Below, in pieces: positions 8,721 to 17,258 of a stretch of 29,397 nt of DNA. The stretch comes from an uncultured archaeon (lineage in GTDB: Archaea > Asgardarchaeota > Lokiarchaeia > Sigyniarchaeales > SOKP01). Each line of letters begins with the position of its first letter. Positions within the stretch are counted from its first letter, which is position 1. A model generated the notes under the pieces. It did no database searches, had not been told where the DNA came from, and saw nothing but the letters and a program-made list of their open reading frames with translations. The DNA lies in assembly GCA_964508365.1 (NCBI GenBank), contig CAZDTP010000052.1:1-29397 (forward strand), read 5' to 3'. The position numbers and the translations under genes were made by a program.

Positions 8721-10016
8721 ATGGATACTATAGATAACTTGAAGAAGTTAGGACTGAAAGAAAATCGTAAATACTTAATTCTGGTAATTTGGCTTCTTGT
8801 AAATATCACAATTATTCAACTCCCTTTCGAATTTAATATCCAGATTTTTTCAGTTGATATAGATATTTTAAATTTAATTGGGGTTATTATTTATGTGCCT
8901 TTTTTAACTTTCTTAATCTTTACATTCTTATATTCTCTTGGGTCAAAAAAAGATCTTAAAGAAGTTGCTGCATGGAAAATGCTTTTAACTTTCTTTTTAA
9001 CGCTTCCTTTAATGTTTTTTCTGATACCGATTATGGTTGGAATCTTTATATTTTCTTTAATATCTTACATATTTTTCACATCCTGGTTTATTTTATATGG
9101 TGCTTATCTTTCAAGCAAAAGATTAGATAACAGTCTTAAAAAGCGAGTTTATAGCTCATTTTACAGAGTTATTCAATTCTTTGGAGGATCTGTAATTTCG
9201 ATAGTTCTTTTAGTCGCTTACTTATTTGGATCACAAATAATTGGAGACCTTATCGGCTTAACAATTACCCAAAAAATTTATAATACTTTAAATTATGTCG
9301 TAATTTTTGTTGGGATTATTGTGATAATTTTTATAATCGTTGGAATCGTCTTTATATTTAAGAGAATTTTTAACGCTTGGTTAGGAATGTTCTCACTCTC
9401 CGTAGTTATCTACACTTTTTATTTACTCGTAAAAATCTTTTTGGCTTTGAGAAGCACAGGTGGAGAAAGTAGTTCAGTAACAACTCAGGTAATAATGCTA
9501 ATTGTTGATTTGTTTATATTATTATATTCAATTGCTACATTAATGGGTTCTCAGGCTGAGCTATTAAGAAAAAAGATCAACATGAAACGAATCGGAGTTG
9601 ATTCAATTTTAATATGGTTAGTGTTTTCAAAGGTAGCTTATGAATTTATTCATAATTATCCATTTACGCTATTTAGCGGCTTCGCGTATGTTGACATCAT
9701 AGACCTTTTGAATGCAGATGTTATTAATCTGGTTAAAAATATCGCTGTTTTACTTTTCTTTCTAATTCTATTAGTATCATTAGGTTTTAATCAAATAAAG
9801 AAATATAATCTTAACGAGAGAATGTTTAAAGATAAAGTCGATCAAGAAGTTAAAGATTTATTAAGCCCAGTAGAATTCGTGGAACAAGTGAATGAACCTC
9901 TCTATGCTTCTGAGTCTTTACATGAACAAGATAAGGGTAAATTGAATTCTTACAAAGAAGAGAGACCTAACTCTGAATCTACTAAAAATAGTTCTCCAGA
10001 AGATATCCAATTATAA
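8721..10016 (+). CDS. Hypothetical multi-pass membrane protein with acidic soluble C-tail
   Basis: 431-aa ORF with about 10 hydrophobic segments and no family motif that I recognise. Confidence 0.8.
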   Translation: MDTIDNLKKLGLKENRKYLILVIWLLVNITIIQLPFEFNIQIFSVDIDILNLIGVIIYVPFLTFLIFTFLYSLGSKKDLKEVAAWKMLLTFFLTLPLMFFLIPIMVGIFIFSLISYIFFTSWFILYGAYLSSKRLDNSLKKRVYSSFYRVIQFFGGSVISIVLLVAYLFGSQIIGDLIGLTITQKIYNTLNYVVIFVGIIVIIFIIVGIVFIFKRIFNAWLGMFSLSVVIYTFYLLVKIFLALRSTGGESSSVTTQVIMLIVDLFILLYSIATLMGSQAELLRKKINMKRIGVDSILIWLVFSKVAYEFIHNYPFTLFSGFAYVDIIDLLNADVINLVKNIAVLLFFLILLVSLGFNQIKKYNLNERMFKDKVDQEVKDLLSPVEFVEQVNEPLYASESLHEQDKGKLNSYKEERPNSESTKNSSPEDIQL

Positions 10017-10164
10017 ATAAGAACTCTCACTTTCCTATTTTTTTATTTTTAAGATTTAATCGATAGGAAATTACTAATTCTTATGAGATTAATCCTTTAA
10101 TAATTAGTTTTATTAACCACTAAATTAAAACAAAACATACTTATATTAATGGGTGGTATCTCTG

Positions 10165-10689
10165 ATGAGCAAAAGTGAGAATAAAATTGATAAGGAATTA
10201 TTTCTCGAGAAATTTGAAAAATTGTCGCTAAAAATTGAACAGTTAACGCTTGAAATCTCAAAAATGAAAGAAAAACTAGATAAAACCAACAAAATTAACA
10301 GGGGCTTCGGATTAAAGGCAATAAGAAATTCCAAACCTTTAACATTTGCAAGAGAGATTTATGGGCTAAGGAGCCCTACAAAACAATACATCCTATCTAT
10401 TAGAACTGTTTCGGAAGTATGGAAAGGAAGAAAAAATGATTTTTTAGTTGCTATTAGACAGCAAGAAAATGAAACGCATATGGACCTTAAAGCGCTAGGA
10501 ATTAGAATCCCAATTGATGACATGAAAAATCTTACAACTTTGGCAAAAGAGGTCCTTTCAATGCTCTATATTTCTAGTGAATTAAAGGGTATTGAAGTTA
10601 CTGAAATTTTAAGAGAAATTGTAACTCAAATCAATAAAGATGGACAATCCATGGTTCGAGAAATAAAGCAAAATATGGAACTTCAATAA
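10165..10689 (+). CDS. Hypothetical protein: N-terminal coiled coil plus possible PC4-like beta domain
   Basis: The ATG at 10165 follows GGTGGT. The segment TVSEVWKGRKNDFLVAIRQ...KALGIRIPIDDMKNL resembles the PC4 pattern. Confidence 0.7.
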   Translation: MSKSENKIDKELFLEKFEKLSLKIEQLTLEISKMKEKLDKTNKINRGFGLKAIRNSKPLTFAREIYGLRSPTKQYILSIRTVSEVWKGRKNDFLVAIRQQENETHMDLKALGIRIPIDDMKNLTTLAKEVLSMLYISSELKGIEVTEILREIVTQINKDGQSMVREIKQNMELQ

Positions 10690-10737
10690 TAAAAGATCAA
10701 AAATTATTCATGTTTTACTAATTTCAAAACCTTAATT

Positions 10738-11898
10738 ATGATTATAATGCTAGAAAAATACGAATTAATAGCAAAAAAGATGGGTACTCCTTGGTCAAAG
10801 GAGATGGAAAAAATTCTTACAACTCTATTTTCCTCTGAGGAAGCTGACATTCTTCTAGTTTTTAATGGAGCGTATTTAGATAGATTTAGTGCTAAGAAGA
10901 TAGCAAAAAAACTCAAGCGTCCTATAGAAGAAGTTCAACCTATTTTAAGAGAAATGGCTCGAACTCAAAGATTATTTTCTGCTACGAAAGGCGGAGAAAC
11001 TACGTATTCAATGTTTCCTTTAATTCCAGGACTTTTTGAGTTATATTTTTCCAATCACGAACGAGCCTCAGCAGAAGAAGCGGACGTGTTAAAAGTATTT
11101 GCAGAGGAATATGAAAAATATTATGACCAGGGATTTGTTACAAATTCCGTAAGCTCTAGTTATCCCTTCATGAGGGTATTTGTCGATCAAGAAGTTATAG
11201 ATGAAAGTGTCAATAAAGGTAAAGGGGAACTCCTAGATGTCAACGAGGAGGTAGAGGTAATAAAAAATAAAATACTACCCTTTGAGCAAGTAAAAACTTT
11301 AGTCGAAAAGTCCCGCCGAGTTTCAGTCATGGATTGTGCTTGCAGAACTCATATGAAAATACACAATGATGGTATACCTATAAATGATTATCCCATAAAT
11401 GTATGTATGAATTTCAATATATTTGCAGATTACTGTATCGAACATGGTTTTGGAAGGGAGCTATCTAAAGAAGAAGCTCTTAAAACATTGACAGGAGCTG
11501 CCGAAGCAGGATTGGTACATACAACTCAAAACATAACTGAGAAAATATCCTTTATCTGTAACTGTGATCGTGATTGTTGTATAATGCTTAGAGGGATTCG
11601 ACAATTTGACGATCCGAATATCGTCGCAACTTCAAATTTTCTTCCGGAGTATGAGAAAGATAATTGTATATTTTGTTTGAAATGTACTGAGATCTGTCCA
11701 ATGGAGATTATAGAACTTGTCGATGAAGGAAGTGAAGATCAACATATTTCGATTAATACCGATAGATGCATTGGTTGCGGAGTTTGTTCATATAATTGTC
11801 CAGAGGAAGCTATATCGATGGTGAAGAAGTTTGATAAAATACCAGTAGAAAATATGATGCTAGCAATGACAAAAACTATCGAGGGTAGGATGAAGTAG
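10738..11898 (+). CDS. 4Fe-4S dicluster-domain protein with extra Cys motifs
   Basis: CIFCLKCTEICP and CIGCGVCSYNCP clusters, CACR and ICNCDRDCC motifs, and a helical HTH-like N-terminus. Confidence 0.88.
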   Translation: MIIMLEKYELIAKKMGTPWSKEMEKILTTLFSSEEADILLVFNGAYLDRFSAKKIAKKLKRPIEEVQPILREMARTQRLFSATKGGETTYSMFPLIPGLFELYFSNHERASAEEADVLKVFAEEYEKYYDQGFVTNSVSSSYPFMRVFVDQEVIDESVNKGKGELLDVNEEVEVIKNKILPFEQVKTLVEKSRRVSVMDCACRTHMKIHNDGIPINDYPINVCMNFNIFADYCIEHGFGRELSKEEALKTLTGAAEAGLVHTTQNITEKISFICNCDRDCCIMLRGIRQFDDPNIVATSNFLPEYEKDNCIFCLKCTEICPMEIIELVDEGSEDQHISINTDRCIGCGVCSYNCPEEAISMVKKFDKIPVENMMLAMTKTIEGRMK

Positions 11899-11962
11899 TA
11901 AAAGGTTTTCTACTATTGAACTTCAATTAAAAAAAAACTAAAGCAAATTTGTGAATTAAATT

Positions 11963-12736
11963 TTGATTAAATTAAAATTTGAAGAAGATGAAGGATTAGG
12001 AATAATAACTTTTATTGATAAACCTATGAATCTAATAGATTCGGACTTTATCGAAGAGTTGGAATCAATCTTAAATGGAGCTGAAATTAAAGGAATTAGA
12101 GCGCTCCTGTTTAAAGTGGATAAAGGTAATTTCTCCGCTGGTGCTAATGTAGCGTTATTATTAGAGCAAAATGAGAAATCCTCAAGAGATATGATTAAAA
12201 GGTTTTTAGATATTGTTTATAGAATTGAGAAACTCCCTTTTCCTACAATGGCAGTTATAAAAGGTATGTGTGTTGGAGGTGGCTTTGAATTAGCATTAGC
12301 GTGTGATTACATCTGGGCTAGTGAAAAAGCACAATTTGCTGCTGCTGAAATATTAATAGGAATAGTACCTTTAGGTGGAGGAGCACAGAGACTTGCACAG
12401 AGAACAGGGATCACAAGAGCTAAAGAAATTGCATTAGGCGGGCGTTTTAGCAAAGCTGAAAAATTAGAAAGATGGAATGTCATTAATCGAGTACTTCAAG
12501 AACACGAACTCATTGAAAAAGCGATTAAATTCATGAAATTTCAATCAAATGGCCCAACTATAGCTTTTGATACAATTAAACAATTACTAAGAGAATATTA
12601 CGATAAAGGATTAGAAGAATCTGACAAATTATTACAAAATATCGTTCCTAAGCTTTTTAATACAGAGGATATTAAGATAGGTATCGAATCTTTTACGAAA
12701 GAAGGACCAGGTAAAGCAATATTTAAAGGTAAATAG
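11963..12736 (+). CDS. Enoyl-CoA hydratase/isomerase (crotonase family)
   Basis: FSAGAN, GGGFELALACD and AEILIGIVPLGGG; both catalytic Glu are present. Confidence 0.93.
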   Translation: MIKLKFEEDEGLGIITFIDKPMNLIDSDFIEELESILNGAEIKGIRALLFKVDKGNFSAGANVALLLEQNEKSSRDMIKRFLDIVYRIEKLPFPTMAVIKGMCVGGGFELALACDYIWASEKAQFAAAEILIGIVPLGGGAQRLAQRTGITRAKEIALGGRFSKAEKLERWNVINRVLQEHELIEKAIKFMKFQSNGPTIAFDTIKQLLREYYDKGLEESDKLLQNIVPKLFNTEDIKIGIESFTKEGPGKAIFKGK

Positions 12737-12797
12737 CTTCAATAAAATTAAAATTTTCGCCTTTGATTAAAAATCAAATTTAAATTAGTTCAGATAT

Positions 12798-12819
12798 TCG
12801 TGAAACAGAAGTTTCACGA
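12798..12819. promoter_or_regulatory. Perfect 9-bp inverted repeat upstream of the antitoxin (possible operator or hairpin)
   Basis: TCGTGAAAC-agaa-GTTTCACGA. Confidence 0.45.
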
Positions 12820-12894
12820 TGTGAAATTTATTAAGTTAAAGACTCTCTTTTAGAAGTAGAAAAATGTAAAAAGTAGAATTTTCTATAGATTCTC

Positions 12895-13161
12895 ATGGTT
12901 AATTTAAAACTGAATAATAAAAGCTTGCTCGAAAAACTTCAAGCAGAAATCACTCTAAAGTTAGGAAAAAAGATGTCTCAACTGGAATTGTTAGATAAAA
13001 GTATCGAATTTACATACAACAGGCTCAACGAATTTTTTTTAGAAAACATAGATAAACCAACATTAACTAATGAATTCATAGAAAGACTTAAAAAAAGTGC
13101 AAGTGATGCGCCTCTTTACCATTTAGATAAATCTGATGATAAGTTAATTTATAATCTCTGA
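12895..13161 (+). CDS. Putative VapB-type antitoxin
   Basis: 88 aa with a ribbon-helix-helix-like N-terminus and C-terminal SDDKLIY, directly followed by a PIN-domain remnant. Confidence 0.7.
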   Translation: MVNLKLNNKSLLEKLQAEITLKLGKKMSQLELLDKSIEFTYNRLNEFFLENIDKPTLTNEFIERLKKSASDAPLYHLDKSDDKLIYNL

Positions 13162-13308
13162 AATTTTAAAACTGAACTTTAAAATATAATGGAGAAATTG
13201 CTGAGTTTTAGTGATGCATCGTTAATATTTTTCTATCAGAAAATTAATGCTGATCTTCTCATATCGTTTGATAGTCATTTCGATTCTATATTGACTAGGA
13301 AATTTTAG
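13162..13308 (+). pseudogene. C-terminal remnant of a VapC/PIN toxin
   Basis: 13189-13308 encodes MEKLLSFSDASLIFFYQKINADLLISFDSHFDSILTRKF, with the LSFxD and SFDxHF PIN motifs. The N-terminal part of the domain is absent. Confidence 0.8.
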
Positions 13309-13467
13309 CGTCTAACGGGCTCTTTAAAGCAATTATTATTTTTATCTTTAAAACGCTAAATTTAAGAGTTTTAAGTGATTTAAATTTGGAATTGTTTAAA
13401 TATACCATGAACATTTTTATTGATTAATTATCAAAATGAAAATTAAATTATGTAGAGATGAGATATA

Positions 13468-14259
13468 TTGGATTATGAAGATATAATATTTAAAAAGAAA
13501 GATGGTATAGCACACATAACCATCAATCGACCTCAACGCTACAATGCTTGCACACAACAAACCGTCCATGAATTAATCGATGCATTTAATCGGTGTACGG
13601 ATAATGATATCGGTGTTGTTGTATTTACCGGCGCTGGAGAAAAAGCATTTTGTACTGGAGGTGATCAAACTACTCGAGAAAAAGGAGGTTACACGGGAGA
13701 ATATTTGTTGCCCTTAGAGGTTGGCTGGCAACATGTTACTCGTTTGATTCGCACTCTACCCAAACCTGTTATAGCCCGAGTAAATGGATTCGCAATTGGA
13801 GGGGGACATGTATGGCATGTTGCATGTGATCTAAGTGTTGCAGCAGACCACGCGCAACTTGGACAAGCGGGACCTCGTGTTGGTTCATTTGATCCTGGTT
13901 ATGGAACGGGTGATTTAATGCGTGCTGTTGGAATGAAACGAGCGAAAGAAATATGGTTTCTTTGTCGTAGATATACGGCCCAACAGGCGTTGAACATGGG
14001 TTTGGTAAATTCTGTTGTACCATATGAAAAACTTGATGAAGAAGTAGAGAAATGGTGCCAAGAAATACTAGAAAAAAGTCCAACAGCGTTGAAGATGTTG
14101 AAGTTTGCGTTCCTAGCAGAAACAGATGGAACTCACGGTATCACACAATTAGGTGTTGGGGGATTATCTCTCTATTATGGCACTGAAGAAGCAGTGGAAG
14201 GCAAAAATGCGTTTGTTGAAAAGCGTAAAGCAGATTTTATGAAATTCAGGGAGAAGTGA
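13468..14259 (+). CDS. MenB/BadI-family crotonase (DHNA-CoA synthase or 2-ketocyclohexanecarboxyl-CoA hydrolase)
   Basis: FCTGGDQ, GGGHV, GQAGPRVGSFDPGYG, EIWFLCRRY, SPTAL and LYYGTEE. Confidence 0.9.
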   Translation: MDYEDIIFKKKDGIAHITINRPQRYNACTQQTVHELIDAFNRCTDNDIGVVVFTGAGEKAFCTGGDQTTREKGGYTGEYLLPLEVGWQHVTRLIRTLPKPVIARVNGFAIGGGHVWHVACDLSVAADHAQLGQAGPRVGSFDPGYGTGDLMRAVGMKRAKEIWFLCRRYTAQQALNMGLVNSVVPYEKLDEEVEKWCQEILEKSPTALKMLKFAFLAETDGTHGITQLGVGGLSLYYGTEEAVEGKNAFVEKRKADFMKFREK

Positions 14260-14266
14260 GAATAAA

Positions 14267-15118
14267 ATGGATATAAATAAGGCATGTATTATAGGTGCTG
14301 GAGTAATGGGTTCTGGAATCGCACAACTTGTAGCTATGCATGGATATAATGTAACTCTAGTAGATATAAGTGAAGAGATACTAAAACAGGCTAAAATAAA
14401 AATTGAGAAAAATCTAGAAAGGTTTTTTGTGGTAAAAAATAAAATCTCAAAAGAAGAATCAGAAAAGATCCTTAACAATATTGCTATAAACACTAATAGG
14501 GATGAAGCCATAAAAGAGGTACAGATTATTATTGAGGCGGTATTTGAAGATATGGCTTTAAAACAAGATTTACTATCTGATTTGGATAGAAAATGTAAAG
14601 AAGATGTCATTATTGCTTCAAATACCTCTTCTTTAAGTATTACAGATATGGCAAGTAAAGCGAGAAATCAAGAAAGAATCGTTGGTATTCATTTCTTTAA
14701 TCCTGCCCCAGTAATGAAATTGATAGAATTAATAAAAGGAAAAAACACCTCTGATGAAATTCTTGAAATATCTAATAAATTTGCTCTTAGTTTAAATAAA
14801 ACTGTAGTAACTGTTAACGACTCCCCAGGTTTTATTACCACTAGACTAATTTACGTATTATGTAATGAAGCAATAAACATGAAGCAAGAAGGAATAGCTA
14901 GTACAGAAGATATAGATACAGCGGTTAAATTAGCATTTAATTTTCCAATGGGTCCATTGGAACTCTCTGATTTGGTAGGAAATGACATATATCTTCACAT
15001 TGGAGAATATCTCACAGAAAAATTAGGGGAAAACTATAATCCAAGTCCACTGTTAAAAAAAATGGTGAAAGAAAACCTTATCGGTCGAAAAACCAAACGC
15101 GGTTTTTATACTTACTAA
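14267..15118 (+). CDS. hbd: 3-hydroxyacyl-CoA (3-hydroxybutyryl-CoA) dehydrogenase
   Basis: GAGVMGSGIA, IEAVFE, ASNTSSLSI, GIHFFNPAPVM, PMGPLELSDLVG and GRKTKRGFY. Confidence 0.93.
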   Translation: MDINKACIIGAGVMGSGIAQLVAMHGYNVTLVDISEEILKQAKIKIEKNLERFFVVKNKISKEESEKILNNIAINTNRDEAIKEVQIIIEAVFEDMALKQDLLSDLDRKCKEDVIIASNTSSLSITDMASKARNQERIVGIHFFNPAPVMKLIELIKGKNTSDEILEISNKFALSLNKTVVTVNDSPGFITTRLIYVLCNEAINMKQEGIASTEDIDTAVKLAFNFPMGPLELSDLVGNDIYLHIGEYLTEKLGENYNPSPLLKKMVKENLIGRKTKRGFYTY

Positions 15119-15265
15119 ATAAAGAAAAAATTTAAAATTCTTTGCTAAAAATAAATTTGATTAAGAAACATATATAAGTCCATATGATAAAGAAAATAAC
15201 TTGGTTTTTATCTCCAAATTAACTAAAAAGAGGCTTTATTTCAATAAAATACTAATAAAAAATAC

Positions 15266-15276
15266 AAAAAAAAAAA
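15266..15276 (-). terminator. U-tract terminator candidate
   Basis: A11 run on + (T11 on minus) just past the stop at 15282. Confidence 0.45.
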
Positions 15277-15281
15277 GAATT

Positions 15282-15533
15282 TTAGCGAACTCCAAGGTTT
15301 CTATAATGAACCATTCTTCGAACGTTATTAATTGAAACCAATTCTTCTAGGTATTTTGCATTATATTTTCCTTTTTTTAGTAATTTCAATAATGCTTTTT
15401 TACCTGGTTTCTCTTTGGCCTTGATTTCTACTTCTTTTGGCTGTTCTAGTTCCACAGGAAGTTCTTCTAAAATTATAAATTCAATTTTAACTTCTGGTTC
15501 CTTTTTCCTTAAAAGAATTTGCTCTGTTTTCTT
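15282..15533 (-). CDS. Small K/E-rich hypothetical protein missed by the ORF track (no canonical start)
   Basis: Open frame KKTEQILLRKKEPEVKIEFIILEELPVELEQPKEVEIKAKEKPGKKALLKLLKKGKYNAKYLEELVSINNVRRMVHYRNLGVR*. It is preceded by GAGGTGA and followed by a T-tract. Confidence 0.5.
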   Translation of the reverse strand, partial: KKTEQILLRKKEPEVKIEFIILEELPVELEQPKEVEIKAKEKPGKKALLKLLKKGKYNAKYLEELVSINNVRRMVHYRNLGVR

Positions 15534-15557
15534 TTTTTCACCTCTATTTTAATAATT

Positions 15558-15785
15558 TTATAAATTTCTTATACTAAATTCAAATTTTTTTGGTTTTAAA
15601 TAAAAAAACCCTTCAGATTTTTTCCATTTCTTAATTAATCGCGCCTTCTCTACTTTATTCGTTTCTTTTAATGTGAAAGGAATCTGTACTGTCTCTATTT
15701 TAGACGATTCTTCAAGCTTATCCTTCAAAGCTTCTGATAATGGTTTTTCCAATTCATAAATTATTATATTTTTATTTTCTATCAA
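15558..15785 (-). CDS. Small K/E-rich hypothetical protein
   Basis: TTG start 7 nt after a strong GGAGGTG; 75 aa. Confidence 0.65.
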   Translation of the reverse strand: MIENKNIIIYELEKPLSEALKDKLEESSKIETVQIPFTLKETNKVEKARLIKKWKKSEGFFYLKPKKFEFSIRNL

Positions 15786-16027
15786 ATTTCGCCACCTCCC
15801 CGATATTCATTCGGGTTTTAGCTAATAATTATTAGATCAATTGTTCATATTTAGTTTTTGAAAATGTAGTATGAATGGAAAGTTAAATTATGAATGGACT
15901 CTTGATTTCTTTGCGGACAATATGAACAGAGAATGAATAATAAGATTATTTGAGAGATAATAAGGGATTTTTTTAAATTGCATACGTTAATATAAATATT
16001 TTAAATTTATGTGAAGTTATAATTAAA

Positions 16028-16201
16028 ATGCCAAATAAAGAAATAATTTGTGATAACTGCGGAGAAAATCCTAACGATCGTATATATGAATGCTTTGAGT
16101 GTAGAAATGAAATTTGCGATAATTGTGCTAATGTTTGCGATAATTGTGATGAAAGTTTCTGTGATGGTTGTTATCACGATCATAAAAAAGTTTGTAAATA
16201 A
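16028..16201 (+). CDS. 57-aa Cys-rich zinc-finger microprotein (B-box-like), below the ORF-track cutoff
   Basis: MPNKEIICDNCGENPNDRIYECFECRNEICDNCANVCDNCDESFCDGCYHDHKKVCK, with five CxxC pairs plus H/H/C. Its stop abuts the next ATG. Confidence 0.8.
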   Translation: MPNKEIICDNCGENPNDRIYECFECRNEICDNCANVCDNCDESFCDGCYHDHKKVCK

Positions 16202-16606
16202 ATGAAAGGGAGTTACATTCTCTTCATCTTTCTCCCGAATGAGACGAGAATTAGAATAGGATCATTAGGCTTGCTAACCTTCCCTAAGGGATATTACTTA
16301 TATGTTGGCTCTGCTATGGGAAGTAATAGCTCTACATCTTTAGAAAATAGAGTTAAAAGGCATATATCGGAGTCTCATAATAAGAAATTATTCTGGCATA
16401 TAGATTACTTCTTAGCAAGTGATATTTCCGTACTAATTAAAATATGTTTAATTCCATCTTTGATTCGGTTGGAATGTGTTTTAGCTGGAGAGATCTTATT
16501 GGTCTGTGATAATTACATTAAAAGTTTTGGATCCTCAGATTGTTTCTGTTCTAGTCATCTAATGTACTTCAAAGATTTTCAGGGAATAAAGCGAATTTTT
16601 AGTTGA
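16202..16606 (+). CDS. DUF123 / GIY-YIG (Uri superfamily) nuclease
   Basis: KGSYIL...GYYLYVGSAMG, RVKRH, WHIDYFL and FGSSDCFCSSHL. Confidence 0.9.
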   Translation: MKGSYILFIFLPNETRIRIGSLGLLTFPKGYYLYVGSAMGSNSSTSLENRVKRHISESHNKKLFWHIDYFLASDISVLIKICLIPSLIRLECVLAGEILLVCDNYIKSFGSSDCFCSSHLMYFKDFQGIKRIFS

Positions 16607-17132
16607 TAAACAAAGAAACATCAAGTAAAACTAAGAGTATGACAAAAACAATTATAATGGAAATTTCAATCAATATTCCTGATTTTTTATAATTTCGTTT
16701 AGGAAGCCAATTAAACAGTTTTAATCTTACCCAATCGACAATTTGATGCATATAATATTTATCACCCCATTTAGAATCAGGGTTTTTGCTTTTAATTTTT
16801 TTTTGTATAGGTCTTAAGATAAACCAGTCCCACAAATCCACAATGTTAGCGAATAGGAGACTTAACCAATAGGGTATAATAAAAATAACAAACGAAAACA
16901 ACGAAACAGCGTAGATTATATAATGCCATATGAGCCAAAATTTATCATCTTTCATAGAATCAGGAGTGTGGTAAGTAATAAACGATAAATCGTCTACAAT
17001 TATATGAGATATAAAAGCAAATATAATTGTAAATATCACATTCCACGGAAAAATAAAATACATAAAGCAGAGGATTTGAATAAAAACTGCAATCAGATTA
17101 TGAGTTATAGTTTCCATAAGACTCTTCTTCAC
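16599..17132 (-). CDS. Membrane protein, possibly a YdjM-like metal-dependent hydrolase
   Basis: N-terminal TH, SHIIVD, and conserved-looking His/Asp residues among TM segments; likely start METITH. Confidence 0.55.
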   Translation of the reverse strand: MKKSLMETITHNLIAVFIQILCFMYFIFPWNVIFTIIFAFISHIIVDDLSFITYHTPDSMKDDKFWLIWHYIIYAVSLFSFVIFIIPYWLSLLFANIVDLWDWFILRPIQKKIKSKNPDSKWGDKYYMHQIVDWVRLKLFNWLPKRNYKKSGILIEISIIIVFVILLVLLDVSLFIN

Positions 17133-17258
17133 TTTATTTTAGTTAGACACAAATTATAAAGCACTAAATTTTATTAAATTCTTAAAATTTTTTAACTTTG
17201 TAATTGATTTTAAAATATTAAAATTCAAACTTAAAATTTTTAAAGAAGTGAAAAAATT

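Noticed and set aside
10146-10916. Minus-strand ORFs 10146-10334 and 10704-10916
   Set aside because: They are antisense to well-supported genes.
13769-14610. Minus-strand ORFs 13769-14083 and 14164-14610
   Set aside because: They are antisense to the MenB/BadI and Hbd genes.
15871-15936. 21-codon ORF MNGKLNYEWTLDFFADNMNRE
   Set aside because: It is too short, has no SD and no recognisable motif.
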